Shown here one piece after another: positions 41,559 through 55,630 of a stretch of 64,000 nt of DNA; the stretch's first letter is position 1; each line of letters begins with the position of its first letter. The DNA lies in NCBI RefSeq assembly GCF_009914755.1, contig NC_060939.1; one strand, written 5' to 3'. The stretch is from the human T2T-CHM13v2.0 reference genome, Homo sapiens. The notes under the pieces are model-generated. The model was not told the DNA's origin and did no database searches. It saw nothing but the letters and a program-made list of their open reading frames with translations. A program made the translations under genes and the position numbers.

Positions 41559-42195
41559 TTTTTTTTTTTTTTGAGGCAAGGTTTCACTCTGTCACCCAGG
41601 CTGGAGTACAGTGGCGCTCACAAGACCTCCTGGGCTCAAGGGATGTAAGGTTTAGACTCAAGAGACCTAGGTTCAAGTCTCATCTCTACATTGATTTCTT
41701 CATCTGAAAGATAAGCAGTTTCTGCTTCCACCTATGTAGTAGGTCTCTGAAACTTAAAGTGTATGCGCTTGTGAAAACATTTCAAAAAATAAATACATAA
41801 TATTAAATTTCTAAATTCATGTGGCCCACATAACAAAAGGTTATTTGGGTCTTCATATACCTCCCTGAGTAGCTGGGACTGCAGGCATGCAGCCGCCATG
41901 CCCTGCTAATTTTATATATATATATAATATATATATTATATAAAATATATATATATAATATATTATATATAATATATATTATATATATTATATATAATAT
42001 ATATATTATATATTATATATTATATATATATTATATATAATATATATATAATATATATATAATTTTTTTTTTTTTTTTTTAGAGATGGGGTCTCACTGTG
42101 TTGCCCAGGCTGGTCTCAAATTCCTAGGCTCAAGCAATTTTCCTGCCTCATCCTGACAAAGTGCTGTGATTACAGACAAGGGCCACCACTCCCAG
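41559..42195 (-). mobile_element. AluJ disrupted by a ~210-bp insertion and a TA expansion
   Basis: Alu pieces at 41559-41644, 41859-41912 and 42063-42195. Confidence 0.88.
41907..42081. repeat. 175-nt pure A/T tract, degenerate (TA)n plus a T-run
   Basis: No G or C between 41907 and 42081. Confidence 0.97.
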
Positions 42196-43831
42196 AGGAA
42201 ATTTAAATTTTTAACAAATGTCCAGGTGATTTTGATTCACATGGACTAGAGTTCATGCTTTAAGAAACCCAACTCCTCTGTGTATGCCAACTCCTCTGTG
42301 TAAGCCAATAGGAGTTATCCTTGGAGGAAACTATATGATTACTGTTTAGCAAACAGTTTATAAACATTTTGGAGAGATCAGGAAGGCCTATGGAAAAGAG
42401 AAGAACAAGGCTACTAGAATGTTTGATACAAAATAACAATATTGCTATATACAAGATTTAAAGATATTCAGATGAGAGAAAGATACCTTTTTTTTTTTTA
42501 AGAATTCATAGGAGCAGTTCGTGAGCCCCAGAGAGGAAGCCCAAAATTCAGCAGAGTGGAAAGATTATTCTGCAGCAAGGATAAACTATTCAAAGGAAAA
42601 CATGTATTCCAGACAGTATTTATTATAATGAGTCAGAGGAGGGACAAAAAATATACTTTAACTAACTGGCTGCCATTTTGTCTTACCTATTCACAAGCGA
42701 CAAAAAAAATCCAAGGAAATATAAATAGTGACTCCAAAATTATACCCAAACACCACATTAAAACCATTTTTCTTCAACAGAATTCCCCAAGGAGCATTAA
42801 CTCTGCTATTAATGTACATAAAATGCTGCTGACATACTGCAAAATTCAGACTAATTTAATAATGCCTGATGGGCCTTACTTCATGTTAAGATGATGTAAT
42901 AATATGTTGCTAAATGAGTGTCATCATATTACATTCACAACAATCACATTAACTGATGAGCCATTAAAAGGAAACTCATGTGGCAGTATTACTGGAAACA
43001 CTGATAGATCATTCTGCAGTTAAATTTTTTTATTGATGAAACACAGAGCATAGAAGCCAGTGTCTTTATTAATAATAGGTATATCACTTTAAAAACTACC
43101 ACAGTTAAGTGAAAAATCCTTTTATCAGTATAACAAAGTTTTTCATTTATACCTCTTAAGCAAGTATTTATTCACATAGTTTCATAAGTTTTTCTCTAAG
43201 TGTTTAAATGTAGAAGGTGGCAGGGTCTTGGTTTTTTTCAGAAAGTGTGAAGTTCATCTGAGTTCAGATATTATACCCTTGAAAAAATGACAGCTTTAAA
43301 AACTGTACCTTACTTAACTCTTAGTTGTTTGGAGATAAGCTTATACCATTTGGTTTTTCCTTGTTCTTTTTTCCTGTTATACCCAATCTCATATGCAGAC
43401 ATTTATAATAATAAAATAATAAAAGAGTTGATGTATCAGAAAGACATAACAATGACAGATATGTATACGCCTAATAAGAAAGCTTCAAAACGAAGCAAAA
43501 CAAAAATTGATAGAATTAAAGAGAGAGATAAACAAATTGACAATCATGCTTGGAAAATTGAATACTTCTGTCTTAGCAGTTTGCAGAATAACTAGACAAA
43601 AAACTTAGTAAAGATGTAGAACAAAATTAACTATCGACAACCTTGACCTAAATGATATGTATAGAACTCTGCATACAACAACTGAAGAACATAAATTCCT
43701 TTCAGGGGCACACATTACACTAACAGGCTGGAATCATACGCTGGTCCATAAAACTAGTGTCAGTAAATTGGAAAGGTTTGAAACCATACAGAGTATGTTC
43801 TCTGGACACAAAAGACTTAAATAAAAACTCT

Positions 43832-44050
43832 GATGAGAACTCAGGGACACAAAGAAGGCACCTGTAGACACGGGGGCCTCCTTGAAGGTAGAGGGTGGGA
43901 GGAGGGAGAGGATCAGAAAAAATAGCTATTGGGTGCTAGGCTTACTTCTTGGGTGATGAAATAACGTGTACAAACCTCCCCGACACGAGTTTACCTATAT
44001 AACAAAGCTGAACATGTGCCTCTGAATCTAAAATACAAGTTTAGTAAAAA
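43832..44050 (+). mobile_element. L1PA (older primate) 3' end nested in L1M
   Basis: gaaggtagagggtgggaggagggagaggatcagaaaaaatagctattggg...cacgagtttacctatataacaaa. Confidence 0.85.
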
Positions 44051-44077
44051 GCAAAGTTGTATTAGAAGTCAGTAAGA

Positions 44078-44350
<273 letters not shown>

Positions 44351-44962
44351 CCAATGTCAGTAAGATATCTAGAAAAACACCAGATGTTCAGAAGTTAAGC
44401 AACATGTTTAAATGACCCATTGTTTTAAAAAGAAACCACAGGAAATTCAGAAGATATTTCTAACTGAATAATAATGAAAATGTGATATAACAAAATGTGT
44501 TGGTGCATCTAAACCAGTGCCTTGAAGGAAAGTATACTTTTGAAAGCTTGTATTAGAAAAGATGTACAGTGAATGACCAAGATTCTGCCCTAAGAACTTA
44601 GCTAGAAAAAGAAACACAAAGTAAACCCAAAATAAATAGAAAGAAGGAAATACTACAAATAAGAGCAGAAATCAATGTAATAGAAAAAACTAACAAAACC
44701 AAAATTTGGCTATTTGAAATAAATCATAAAGTTAACCCCTAGCTAGACCAGTTAACACAAGGGGAAGGAGAAGAGAACAAGAACACAAATTACCAGAATC
44801 TGGAATGAAAGAGAGGTTACTGCTATGAATCATATATACATTAAGAATATAATAAATATTATAACTTAGTAAATTTGACAACTTAGATTAAATAAATGAA
44901 TTCCTTGAAAAATACTTACCAAGAGGAGACAAATTGAAACAAAATCTGAATCCATGTATATC

Positions 44963-45262
44963 TTTTTTTCTTTTTTTTTTTTTAGACAGAGTCTCACTCT
45001 GTTACCCATGCTGGAGTGAAGTGGTGCTATCTCGGCTCACTACATCCTCCGCCTCCCAGGTTCGAGTGATTCTCCTGCCTTAGCCTCCTGAGTAGCTGGG
45101 ACTACAGGTGCCCGCCACCACGCCTGGCTAATTTTTGTATTTTTAGTAGAGATGGGGTTTCACCATATTGGCCAGGCGGGTCTCAAACCCCTGACCTTGT
45201 GATCCCCCCGCCTCAGCCTCTCAAAGTGCTGGAATTACAGGCGTGAGCCACTGCACCCGGCC
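44963..45262 (-). mobile_element. AluS
   Basis: Antisense dimer. TSD tgtatatct. Confidence 0.92.
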
Positions 45263-46362
45263 TGTATATCTATTAATGAAAGTTAATTCAAATCAAAAAC
45301 CTTCCCACAAAGAAAGCATAAGGGTCATATGGCTTCTTTCAAAATGATTAATTCTTTCAAATGCTTAGGAAAAAAATAATACCAATTTTATACAAGTTAG
45401 TTTAGAAAACAGAGGAAGAGTGAACATTTCTCAGCTCTTTTTATCAGGTGAGCAACATCCCAGTAATACTCAAACAACACGTGTGGTTTGTAGGAGAAGT
45501 GAAAGTTTGGTTTAAGATTTGAAAATCCATGTATTTAGTTCACCACATTATAACAGAATCAAGAAGAAAAACAATGTGATCATTTCCATAGATACAGAAA
45601 AGATATTTGACAAAATTGAATACTCATGATAAAATCTCTCAGCAAGCTAATAGAAGGTAGCTTCCTCAATTTGATAAAAGACAAACATGAAAAAAATCTA
45701 TGGCTAACAGAATACTTAGTGATGAAAGACTAAATGCTTCCCACCTAATGTCAGCACCAAGGTAATAATTTTTGTTCTCATCATTTTATGTTTTGGCCAG
45801 TGTATGAGGACAAGAAATAAGGTTATAGAAATTGAAAAGGAGTAAGTTGAATTTGCTGATGACGTGTTTGTGTACATAGGAAATCCTAAGGAATCATCAA
45901 GAAAACTTCTAAAACTAAATAGTACTTTTAGCTATATCACAGGATACAAAGTCAATCTAAAAAATTAATTGTATTTCTGTACACTATCAGCAAAAATTAG
46001 AAAATAAAATTAACAGAATAGTACTGCTTATAGTAGTATCCAAAAGCGTGAAATACTGAGGGAAGAATGTAACAGAAGATGGCAAAGCTTCAACAGTGAA
46101 AACTCAAACATCTGTTGGAAGGCTTACTGTCACTTAGATGTTAGTTCTTCCTAAATTGGGTTATAGATTTCAAGGCCACCCTGGGCAACATAGCAAGACC
46201 CTGTCTCTGTAGGGGAAGAAAACAAAACAAAAACTAAAAGACTTCTGCTTATCAAAAGACATAGGTTAAAAAAAAAATAAATCGGTAAGCCACAGTCTAG
46301 AAGTCCAGTATTTGCAAAACATATTTAACAAAGGACTGATATACAGGATATATAAAGCATTC

Positions 46363-46625
46363 CAGGCTGAGGCAGGAGGATTGTTTGAGGCCAGGAGTTC
46401 AAATTGCCTGGGCAACTTAGCAAGATTCCCATCTCTACAAAAAAATTTAAAAATTAACTGCAGGTGGTGGTGTGCCCCTGTAGTCCTAGCTACTCAGGAA
46501 GCTGATCACTCAAGTGATTGAGGGGTATCACTTGAGCCCAGGAGTTTGAGGTTACAGTGAGCTGTGATCATGCTGCTTCACTCCAGCCTGGGTGACAGAG
46601 CGAGATCTTGTGTCTTAAAAAAAAG
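46363..46625 (+). mobile_element. 5'-truncated AluJ
   Basis: aggctgaggcaggaggattgtttgaggcc..., then an A tail. Confidence 0.85.
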
Positions 46626-47311
46626 AATTCCTACAACTCTGTAAGGTTAGCTAAGGCTTCTACAGTTTTTCTCTTTGTAACAGGAGGTTTAAGTACAGTG
46701 AATTAGCAAGTTTCCAGTCCCTTCTAGACTTATGTTGTATGGTAATGTCAAGAACAAGATCATTTCCACTTTGTAACAAGATTACACTGGCCTGCTGTTT
46801 CGCCAACAGGATTAATTAAAACTAGTTGTCTTAAACAGCAATTTTGATCTTTGTTTATGTAACAACAAACCTAATAGTAGCCTCAGTCTTGGGCAGAATT
46901 ATTAGAAATGTAATATTTAGAACAAGAAAGTTGATACTGTATTGTATTCTGAGCAAACCTGTTTCAGAACAGGCATAAGTAAACCAACTCATTCAGAGAA
47001 CTAAGAAGTTAGTTACTCAAATAACATGAAGAGCATCTTTTAAGTGTTTGAAGCATAATTCGACTTTTCTATAACTTTGAAGGTTAAAAAGTTGGACAAT
47101 AGGTAGAAATTAAGCATTCCAGATTTCAGCTTAATTTTAAAAAGAAATGTTGTCATGTGTTGAGCTGTTAATGGCGTAGAATATTAAACCTTGGTAGATA
47201 AATGCCTTTCTCCCACTGGATGTTTCCAAGCAGAGGGTAGACATCTACTTTACTGGTATTTTATAATAGATTACAGTACCTATTGTTTGACTGAAATAAA
47301 AGACCTTAAAA

Positions 47312-47465
47312 GGGGCATGGTGTTGCATGCCTGTATTCCCACTCCTCTGGAGGCTGAGGCAGGAGGATTGTTTGAGCCCAGGAGTTCAAGGTTACAGTGA
47401 GCTATAATCGCATCATTGCACTCCAGCCTAGGTGACAGAATGAAACCCTGTCTCTAGAGAAAAAG
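47312..47465 (+). mobile_element. Alu monomer (FRAM-like)
   Basis: gggcatggtgttgcatgcctgtattccc...ctccagcctaggtgacag. Confidence 0.82.
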
Positions 47466-47719
47466 AAATAGAAGACCTTAAAATGTTCCTCAATTCCGTG
47501 AGCTCTCTAGTGACAAGTAAAAGGCTTTCCAAATGGTGTTGATGATCCATCTGAGGTTGGTGACCAGAAATTACTGTTGACACTAACCTGTATGATTGTG
47601 TATGTGCTTCAACTTTTATTCTAATACTACCCAGCAAACTACATGTATAAGCACAGACAGCAAATGGTTGAATCAATATAGTGATCAGGATTGCAGGCCA
47701 GTTAGCTAGGTTAACAATG

Positions 47720-47910
47720 ATGATACTACATAATAACTAGCATGTATCAGTCACTTGACCCTATAAGCATAATTTCATTTGGTCCCCGCCATACTCAAGT
47801 GGTGATATTGTTGCTGCTGTTGCGTCTGTTATTATTATTCCTCCCATTTGATAGCTGAGGAACCTGAAGCCTCAAGAAGTTATATAATTCACCCAAGATT
47901 TCATAGCTGG
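47720..47910 (-). mobile_element. MIR
   Basis: cccatttgatagctgaggaacctgaagcc...acccaagatttcatagctggtaa. Confidence 0.65.
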
Positions 47911-48472
47911 TAAATATTAGAAGGATAGGAGAATTGATGTAGTGATAAGAGAATAGTTGAAGTACTAGACCAGGTTTCAAAGGAAGGAAATGAAGCCATG
48001 ATTAAACTTTGTGACTGGAAAAAAGGTCAAGATATTGGTTGTTATGCAGTGAAAGAGCAGGTGCAGTAAGTAATAAGGGAATGATGGCACTATAAGAAAA
48101 GGAGGTTATGTCAAAGAGTTGAATATTGGACTTACAGATTTCACAAGTCAAGTGGTTTCCAGGGCTAACAATCTAGTCCTCCTTTGGGGAGTAGATTGGT
48201 GATTTAGGGAATTGTTGGAGTCACGAAGATTAAGAAGACGTAAGACTAGCTCTTGGATTGATGTGGAAGCTATCCAGAGATGATTGACTCATAAGGTAGC
48301 ATGTGAAAGGGGCCTACATGCACACTAGTTGGCACACAGTAGGCATTGAGAAAATGTTGTTTGAATCTGAACCATGTGATCTAGGAAAGAGTATATAAGT
48401 AAGGCTAACAAGCCATCAGCTGCCTGCAGAGTGATGTGCATTTTGTGGGTTGTTTGGAACATAGGTAAATAA

Positions 48473-48823
<351 letters not shown>

Positions 48824-48860
48824 CAATAGACACTTTTAATGTCCTATTTTTGTTAAAAGG

Positions 48861-48862
<2 letters not shown>

Positions 48863-48908
<46 letters not shown>
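48863..48908 (+). repeat. (AG)23 microsatellite
   Basis: Direct count. Confidence 0.96.
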
Positions 48909-48910
<2 letters not shown>

Positions 48911-48949
48911 GGATTAGGCAGGGCCTACTTGGCAGGGAAAAAACTTCAT

Positions 48950-49195
48950 TCATTCTTTCTTTTATTTTTATTTTATTTACTTATTTATTTATTTATTTCT
49001 TTATTTTGTGAAACAGATCTCGCTCTGTCACCCAGGGCGGAGTGCAGTGGCGTGATCACAGCTCACTGCAGCCTTGACCTCCCAGGTTTGGGTAATTCAC
49101 TGCAGCCTCCTGGGACTACAGGCATGTGCCACCACAGTCGGCTAATTTTTATATTTTTTAGGTAGAGATGGGGTTTTGCCATGTTGCCCAGGCTG
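48950..49195 (-). mobile_element. Partial AluJ with (TTTA)n tail
   Basis: ctcgctctgtcacccaggg...ccatgttgcccaggctg. Confidence 0.85.
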
Positions 49196-50476
49196 CATTC
49201 ATTGTTTCTTTCTTTCTGTTCTCTCCATGAAAATTGATGATTATACTTTTGATGATACTTAGTGCTCGTTGGAAGCAGTTTCAGAAAGTCCGTTTATTCT
49301 TTCGTAAACTTATTTCAGGAGAAAAGAGCCTGTTAAATAATGGGTAGAGATTTGATGCCATCTCAAAACAGAAAAAAGAGGTGACAACATACTGGCTATT
49401 ACATGATAAGGGATTATTGTCAATTTTGGAGCATGTAACAAGGGGTAGGAGATGGCAGAACAAATGAAGCCGGAACAACAGAATGTTGACAGCTGTCATA
49501 GCTGGGTGATAGGTACATGAAGGTTAATTGTACTTTTTTTTCCTACTTTTGTGTATTATGAAATGTTCTAAACTAAGAAGTTTAATGTTTTGAAGACGTC
49601 CAGTACGTAATGTTTCATTTTATAAAGTATGGCATGCCTAACTATATGTCTAATGCTATATTGGGTTTTTTTACTCTTAATTATACTTACAAAAATACAA
49701 GGAATTGAGAAGAGAGGATACTTAGTTGCTCCATGTTAAAGCTAGTATTAAAGAGAAAAAGAGTGGCTTCAAAGTATTAGAACTCTTCTGAAAATAGTAG
49801 TGCTACTTAACACCATTTCCACGAATACCAAAGAGAAATAAGATTTCATCTCCTGTTCTTCTAATGTTAGCACCTCACACAGCTGGCTTCTTTGTATTCA
49901 TTAAAGAAAAGGCGCAAAGGCATACTGGTAACACATAGGAGAACATTCAGTTAGCCCTTTTTAATAAGAGAGTTGTAAATTCAGGCATTCAGAAAAACTA
50001 CTCACTTTGAAGTAGACATGCTTAGAGTATGCTCACTACTAACCTCACAAGACTGCCTTCAAAAAATCCCCTATAGCATTTTTGGAAGTTGGACTTTTTA
50101 TGGAAGCCTATACATTCCTAAAGGAAAGTCATTCTTATTCCATATTTGTAATTATTCAAATATTGCATATATTAAAATGACATTTAGCTTGTTCTCTTCA
50201 TATTTCTTTTATTTCTAAGAAGTCTGTCTGTATTGATCTACATCCCGGATCTCTCTACTGTGATATCTTCTCATTGGCTGATAAAAGATTTGGGAGGGAA
50301 GTTGAGAAAAAAAAAAATTAGTGAAAAAGAAAAATTAAGATGGTAAAATTTCCTATTGCGACTAATAATTAAAGAAGATTAGGAAACTGAAACTACTAGA
50401 TTGTCACGTTTTAGCACTGTAATATTACATGCATAGTTTATTTTCTTTTTTTGTGCTAGAAAGACTGGGCTGATTG

Positions 50477-50979
<503 letters not shown>

Positions 50980-52062
50980 CTAGTGGTGGCTGGTGGTTTT
51001 TTATTGACCTAGGAAAGGATTAGAAGCATCTCAGGTTTTCTTTCACTTTGTTTTTCTGTTTCCCCCCTTCTTCCTCCCCCAAATTAATATATTGTCCAAA
51101 GTGTTCATAATGACTTGGAACTATTCAGGTTGCACAAAGCATTTAATGAAATCTTGTCTTAGACAAAACACTAGAGAGGATCATAATTAATGTCTCATTT
51201 TCTGCCAGTTGCTATTGATTACTCATTCAAGATCCCTTTGTTCTCAGAATGATAACTGTAGTTTGCATCACTATCTAATGAGATTCTCAGGATAGAATTC
51301 TTTAACAACATGCTGATAATTGCTAACATATCCCTGAAATTTCAATGTAAATGAATTTGCATCATAATACAATTATTTTACAAATGGCGATATTTTCCAA
51401 ATTTGAAATGTGTTAGTTTTTTTAATCATTTGTAGAAAATTAACAGAAGACTGACATATTATTAAAGCCCAACATTTATTTTTTGCCCTGAGTTGCCCTC
51501 ACCCTTCGATTTTGATTTGATTATGACTTGGGGTGAGAGACTTCTTTATCATTCTTGGGTTACTCTGTCATAATCTCTGAAACTTCAAATGGATTTACAG
51601 CTAAAACACAATGATTTTTCGAAATTAGAACAACAACTGCAAATATGGTAATACTATAATAATTCTCCTTTTAGAACAATTTTGTTTCTTGATCCCTCAG
51701 TGACAAAAGAAACACGTGGTACTATAGCATAAAGAATCTGCGAAATCATAACAGTTTATGTATTCTGTTATAATTGTGTTTTATACCTTTCTATTCCTTT
51801 AATTTCCACATACTCCCTCCCCCAAAAAATAAATCTTTTGAACAGCTGCTTGCCTTTATGTATTTAAAACTGCATACCACTTCAGGGGTGTAAGATAGGC
51901 TTGAAATTAAGGAATTCTGTAGAATAATAACACAGCAGAGGTTCCATGAATTCATATCAGTATTTTAAATTTTTGGAGATATGTGACTATAACATATGAG
52001 GTACTCTCCATCTAATTTTCTTAAATAAATTAATAGGTAGTACTTCCAAATTTTAATCATAA

Positions 52063-52384
<322 letters not shown>

Positions 52385-52524
52385 GATGCTAATAATTTTT
52401 GACCTACGGTTAATTAGGCCCTTATTTGATGTGAAGTTATGAGTGGCTTGGCGTTTAAGCCAAGCCACTTAATAAAACCCAGTTCCGACAAAGTAAGCCT
52501 GTTTTTCAACACTTAATTTTCCCT

Positions 52525-52657
52525 TTCTGTTTTTTTTATTTTTTATTTTTTGGTCTCACTGTGTTCCCCCGACTGACCTCAAACTCCGAGGCTTAAGCAG
52601 TCCTCCTGCCTCACCCTACCAAGTAGCTGTAACTACAGGTGCACATCACTGTGCCTA
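52525..52657 (-). mobile_element. FLAM / Alu monomer
   Basis: ggtctcactgtgtt...agtagctgtaactacaggtg. Confidence 0.78.
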
Positions 52658-54399
52658 GTTTATTTTCCCTTTTGAGAATAAAGAATATCCAAATTATAGC
52701 AGTATGATTCTGAATCCTCCTAGCTTACTGAGCAGCACCATTTTACATAGGATATTCTTCTGCCTCCCTACAAAATCATATTTAGAGTACCTTCTAATAT
52801 AATTAACAAGAGTTCCCATTAAAAAAAGGATGTTGGCCAAGTCTACCTACTACTTTATTCCTTTCATTTACTTTTTGTTTATTATCACCACCAAAGCTTA
52901 CACTCATCAAGTTCACATCTGGAAATTAAGCTGTTTCTTACAGATGAAGAGGGAGAAAAAACTTAAAATACATGTATCACATAGGCTGTTAAAGTTCCTT
53001 ATTTTTAAAAATTGGAAATTTTGTTCACAGGCTAGAGGTTTGTCATATGTAATTCAAAATATAACTTACTTATTGTAGATTTTATCCCATAACCTAGGGC
53101 AGTCATCTAGGCTGCGTTAGTGTTTTGGGGGATAACCCTTTATTAATTATTCTCTAGTATTAGATATATTTTTCACAGAAAAAAATGTCTGGATGACTGT
53201 ATCTATATTTTAGATATATGTATTTCTATAAAAGATAGTCTAGATGACTATAAAAAAGATTATTTTCCAAGAATATGTTAAGAAATTCATACTATGTAAT
53301 TTCAGAATACTAATTCTTTCTTGAATAAGATAGCTCGGCACAATAAAACTGCTTTGCCTAGTTCTATATCCTCTGGGATCGTTCTGTATTCTTTTTGCCG
53401 GAGATACCTCCAGGACAAGATCAGTAGTAATCAATAATGCTTCTCATTTGTTTTAGGAAGACAGAAAAATCAATAATATGAGCTGATACCTAATTTTATT
53501 TTAGGAGAAGAAAAATAAAATAGTTGATGTGTGTTTCAGTGTTGCCTAAATGTTTGAAGAATCAAATAAAGAAAAATATATTATTTTATTAGTGTTAGAA
53601 TATCAAAATCTTAGGCTTTTATAGTTTAGCACTTGATTTTTTAATTGTATTTTTTTCATTGTTTTGTTAAATATTATTTTGTAGACTGTCAAGTCCTTGT
53701 GGACAAAATTTTGTCTTAAACTTTTTGTATTTCTTAAGAGTACTGAAGAATTCATTTTAATTAACAGGATAAAATATGGTCTTGTATTCTTAAAAAGAAA
53801 CAATTTTTTCTATATTTACTTTGCCTCATCTTATGGATCATGATACAGACTAAACACAGGAAAATGGTTATTTCTGTGATTAGGACAGCTGAAAGAAGTG
53901 TAACCTGTGCATCTTTTTTGGCATTAATATTCACTGTGGAACAAGAAGACAGGGCATTTCCTAACCACATATCCAGATTTGTCTATAGTGAGGAAAAAGG
54001 TTTATCAACACTAAAACTGGTAGCTAGTAAACTTGTTTTTTCCAAAAAAATTTGTTCTCCTTTTTTTCTTTCTTTACTATTGCATAGATAAAAAATCTGC
54101 CAATATGTGTTCTATAGTCATCTCAGCCTTAGGATTGTAATCCACAAATTCATTTATAAATCACTTACATGTTTTCAAGTTAACAATCTTAGAAATGATG
54201 CATGTTCCCGAGTTACTATGGAAGTCTTGTTGTATTGAGGAAAGGGCTTTCTGAGCAGACCTAGATTCAAATTAGGATTTCACTACTTGTTATCACTTTA
54301 ATATGTGAAATCTATATAATACTTAAGATTGCTATAAATCCTAAATGAGATAGTACATTTGAAAGTGTATTAGGGAGTCCTCAATATTTTATTCTTCTT

Positions 54400-54640
54400 T
54401 GCTCCAACTTTTTATTTTGAAAAGTTACCAACCCACAGAAGAGGTTGAAGAATAATACAATGAACACCCATGTGAACTTCATCAAGAGTCATCAGTTAAC
54501 ATTTCACCACATTTGTATATACACATTCCTTTTCTTTCTACTCATTCTGCGTGTATGAATATATGTTTGTGTGCTGCTTATGACTTTATATACACAAATG
54601 CACACACTTTTGCTAAATCATTTGAGAATAAGTTGACATT
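54400..54640 (-). mobile_element. L1ME/MC 3' fragment
   Basis: aactttttattttgaaa...aataatacaatgaacaccca...catttgagaataagttg. Confidence 0.65.
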
Positions 54641-55409
54641 TTCCTATTTATTCTTGATCTTAATTGATACTGCTTGAATCTGTCACACCCTCTTTGGATT
54701 TAGCATCTGTCAATCCTCTCTAGGGATCTGTCATTTCTGCCCCTATTCTCTTGCGTATTTCCAACATCCTTTCTTACCATAGCCATTGGGAATTGTAACC
54801 CAGTCAGCTTGGATTCAGGGCAGACAAGGTCTCCTGAAATCTTAGATCACTTACTTAAGACAAAAGGTTTATGCCCAGGAAACAGAATAAAAATATCATT
54901 CGTCTCATTTATTTTGTAATATTTAGAATGTAGTGAGTTAATGGGGAAAGAAAAAATGAAACTGAGTTTTTTGTATTAACTAGGGCCAATAACTGTGCTG
55001 TACACTTTTATTTTTAGGCCTTGTTTACTTCCCCCAACAACCTTGTGAGCTGTTTGTAGAAGAGGGAAACAGACTCATTAATGTTAGATAATTTGTTCAA
55101 GATTACCAGTCAGGATTTGGACTCGGGATACCTAACTCCAAATCCAGTGCTGTTTCCAGAACATGAGTATTTGTGTAGATTTTCAGTGTACTTTTAGAAA
55201 TATAGGAAATACACTTCCTGTTCATCATTTAGATTATTTCTTTCCTCTCTCAGCCCTTACTATGACTACTATTTGATTTCTTTGAAGAAATAATTCACTG
55301 GCTAACTTTTACTCATCTGAAAGTTTATGTTTACCTTATTAAGCAAACAGACTTCTCTTCACCACCCTGCAGACTTAGTCCTTTGTCCCTCTGACGTATT
55401 AGATTAGCA

Positions 55410-55630
55410 GCCAAAAAAAAAAAAGTTCTATAAAGGGCCAGATAACAAATATTTTAGGTTTTAACAGACCATACGTTTTCTGTTGCAACACTGAACGCTT
55501 AACACTGTTGCATGAAAACAGCCATAGCCAATACATAAATGAATTGTGTTTCATTTGAGACTGTTTTTCAAGAAAAGTATTTTCAAAAACAGACCCACTT
55601 TCTCCTCTAAGCTCTGGTTTTTTGACCCCT
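55410..55630. mobile_element. MER58-like MITE
   Basis: taaagggccagataacaaatattttagg...cagccatag...tgacccct. Confidence 0.7.

Noticed and set aside
42269-42310. 18-bp tandem duplication ccaactcctctgtgta(t/a)g
   Set aside because: An ordinary slippage event with no further structure.
42945-42985. CTGATGAG...GAAAC hammerhead-ribozyme-like core
   Set aside because: Stem II lacks the required closing pair (G opposite G), and no convincing stems I/III were found. The CPEB3 HDV-like ribozyme sequence was also not seen in the window.
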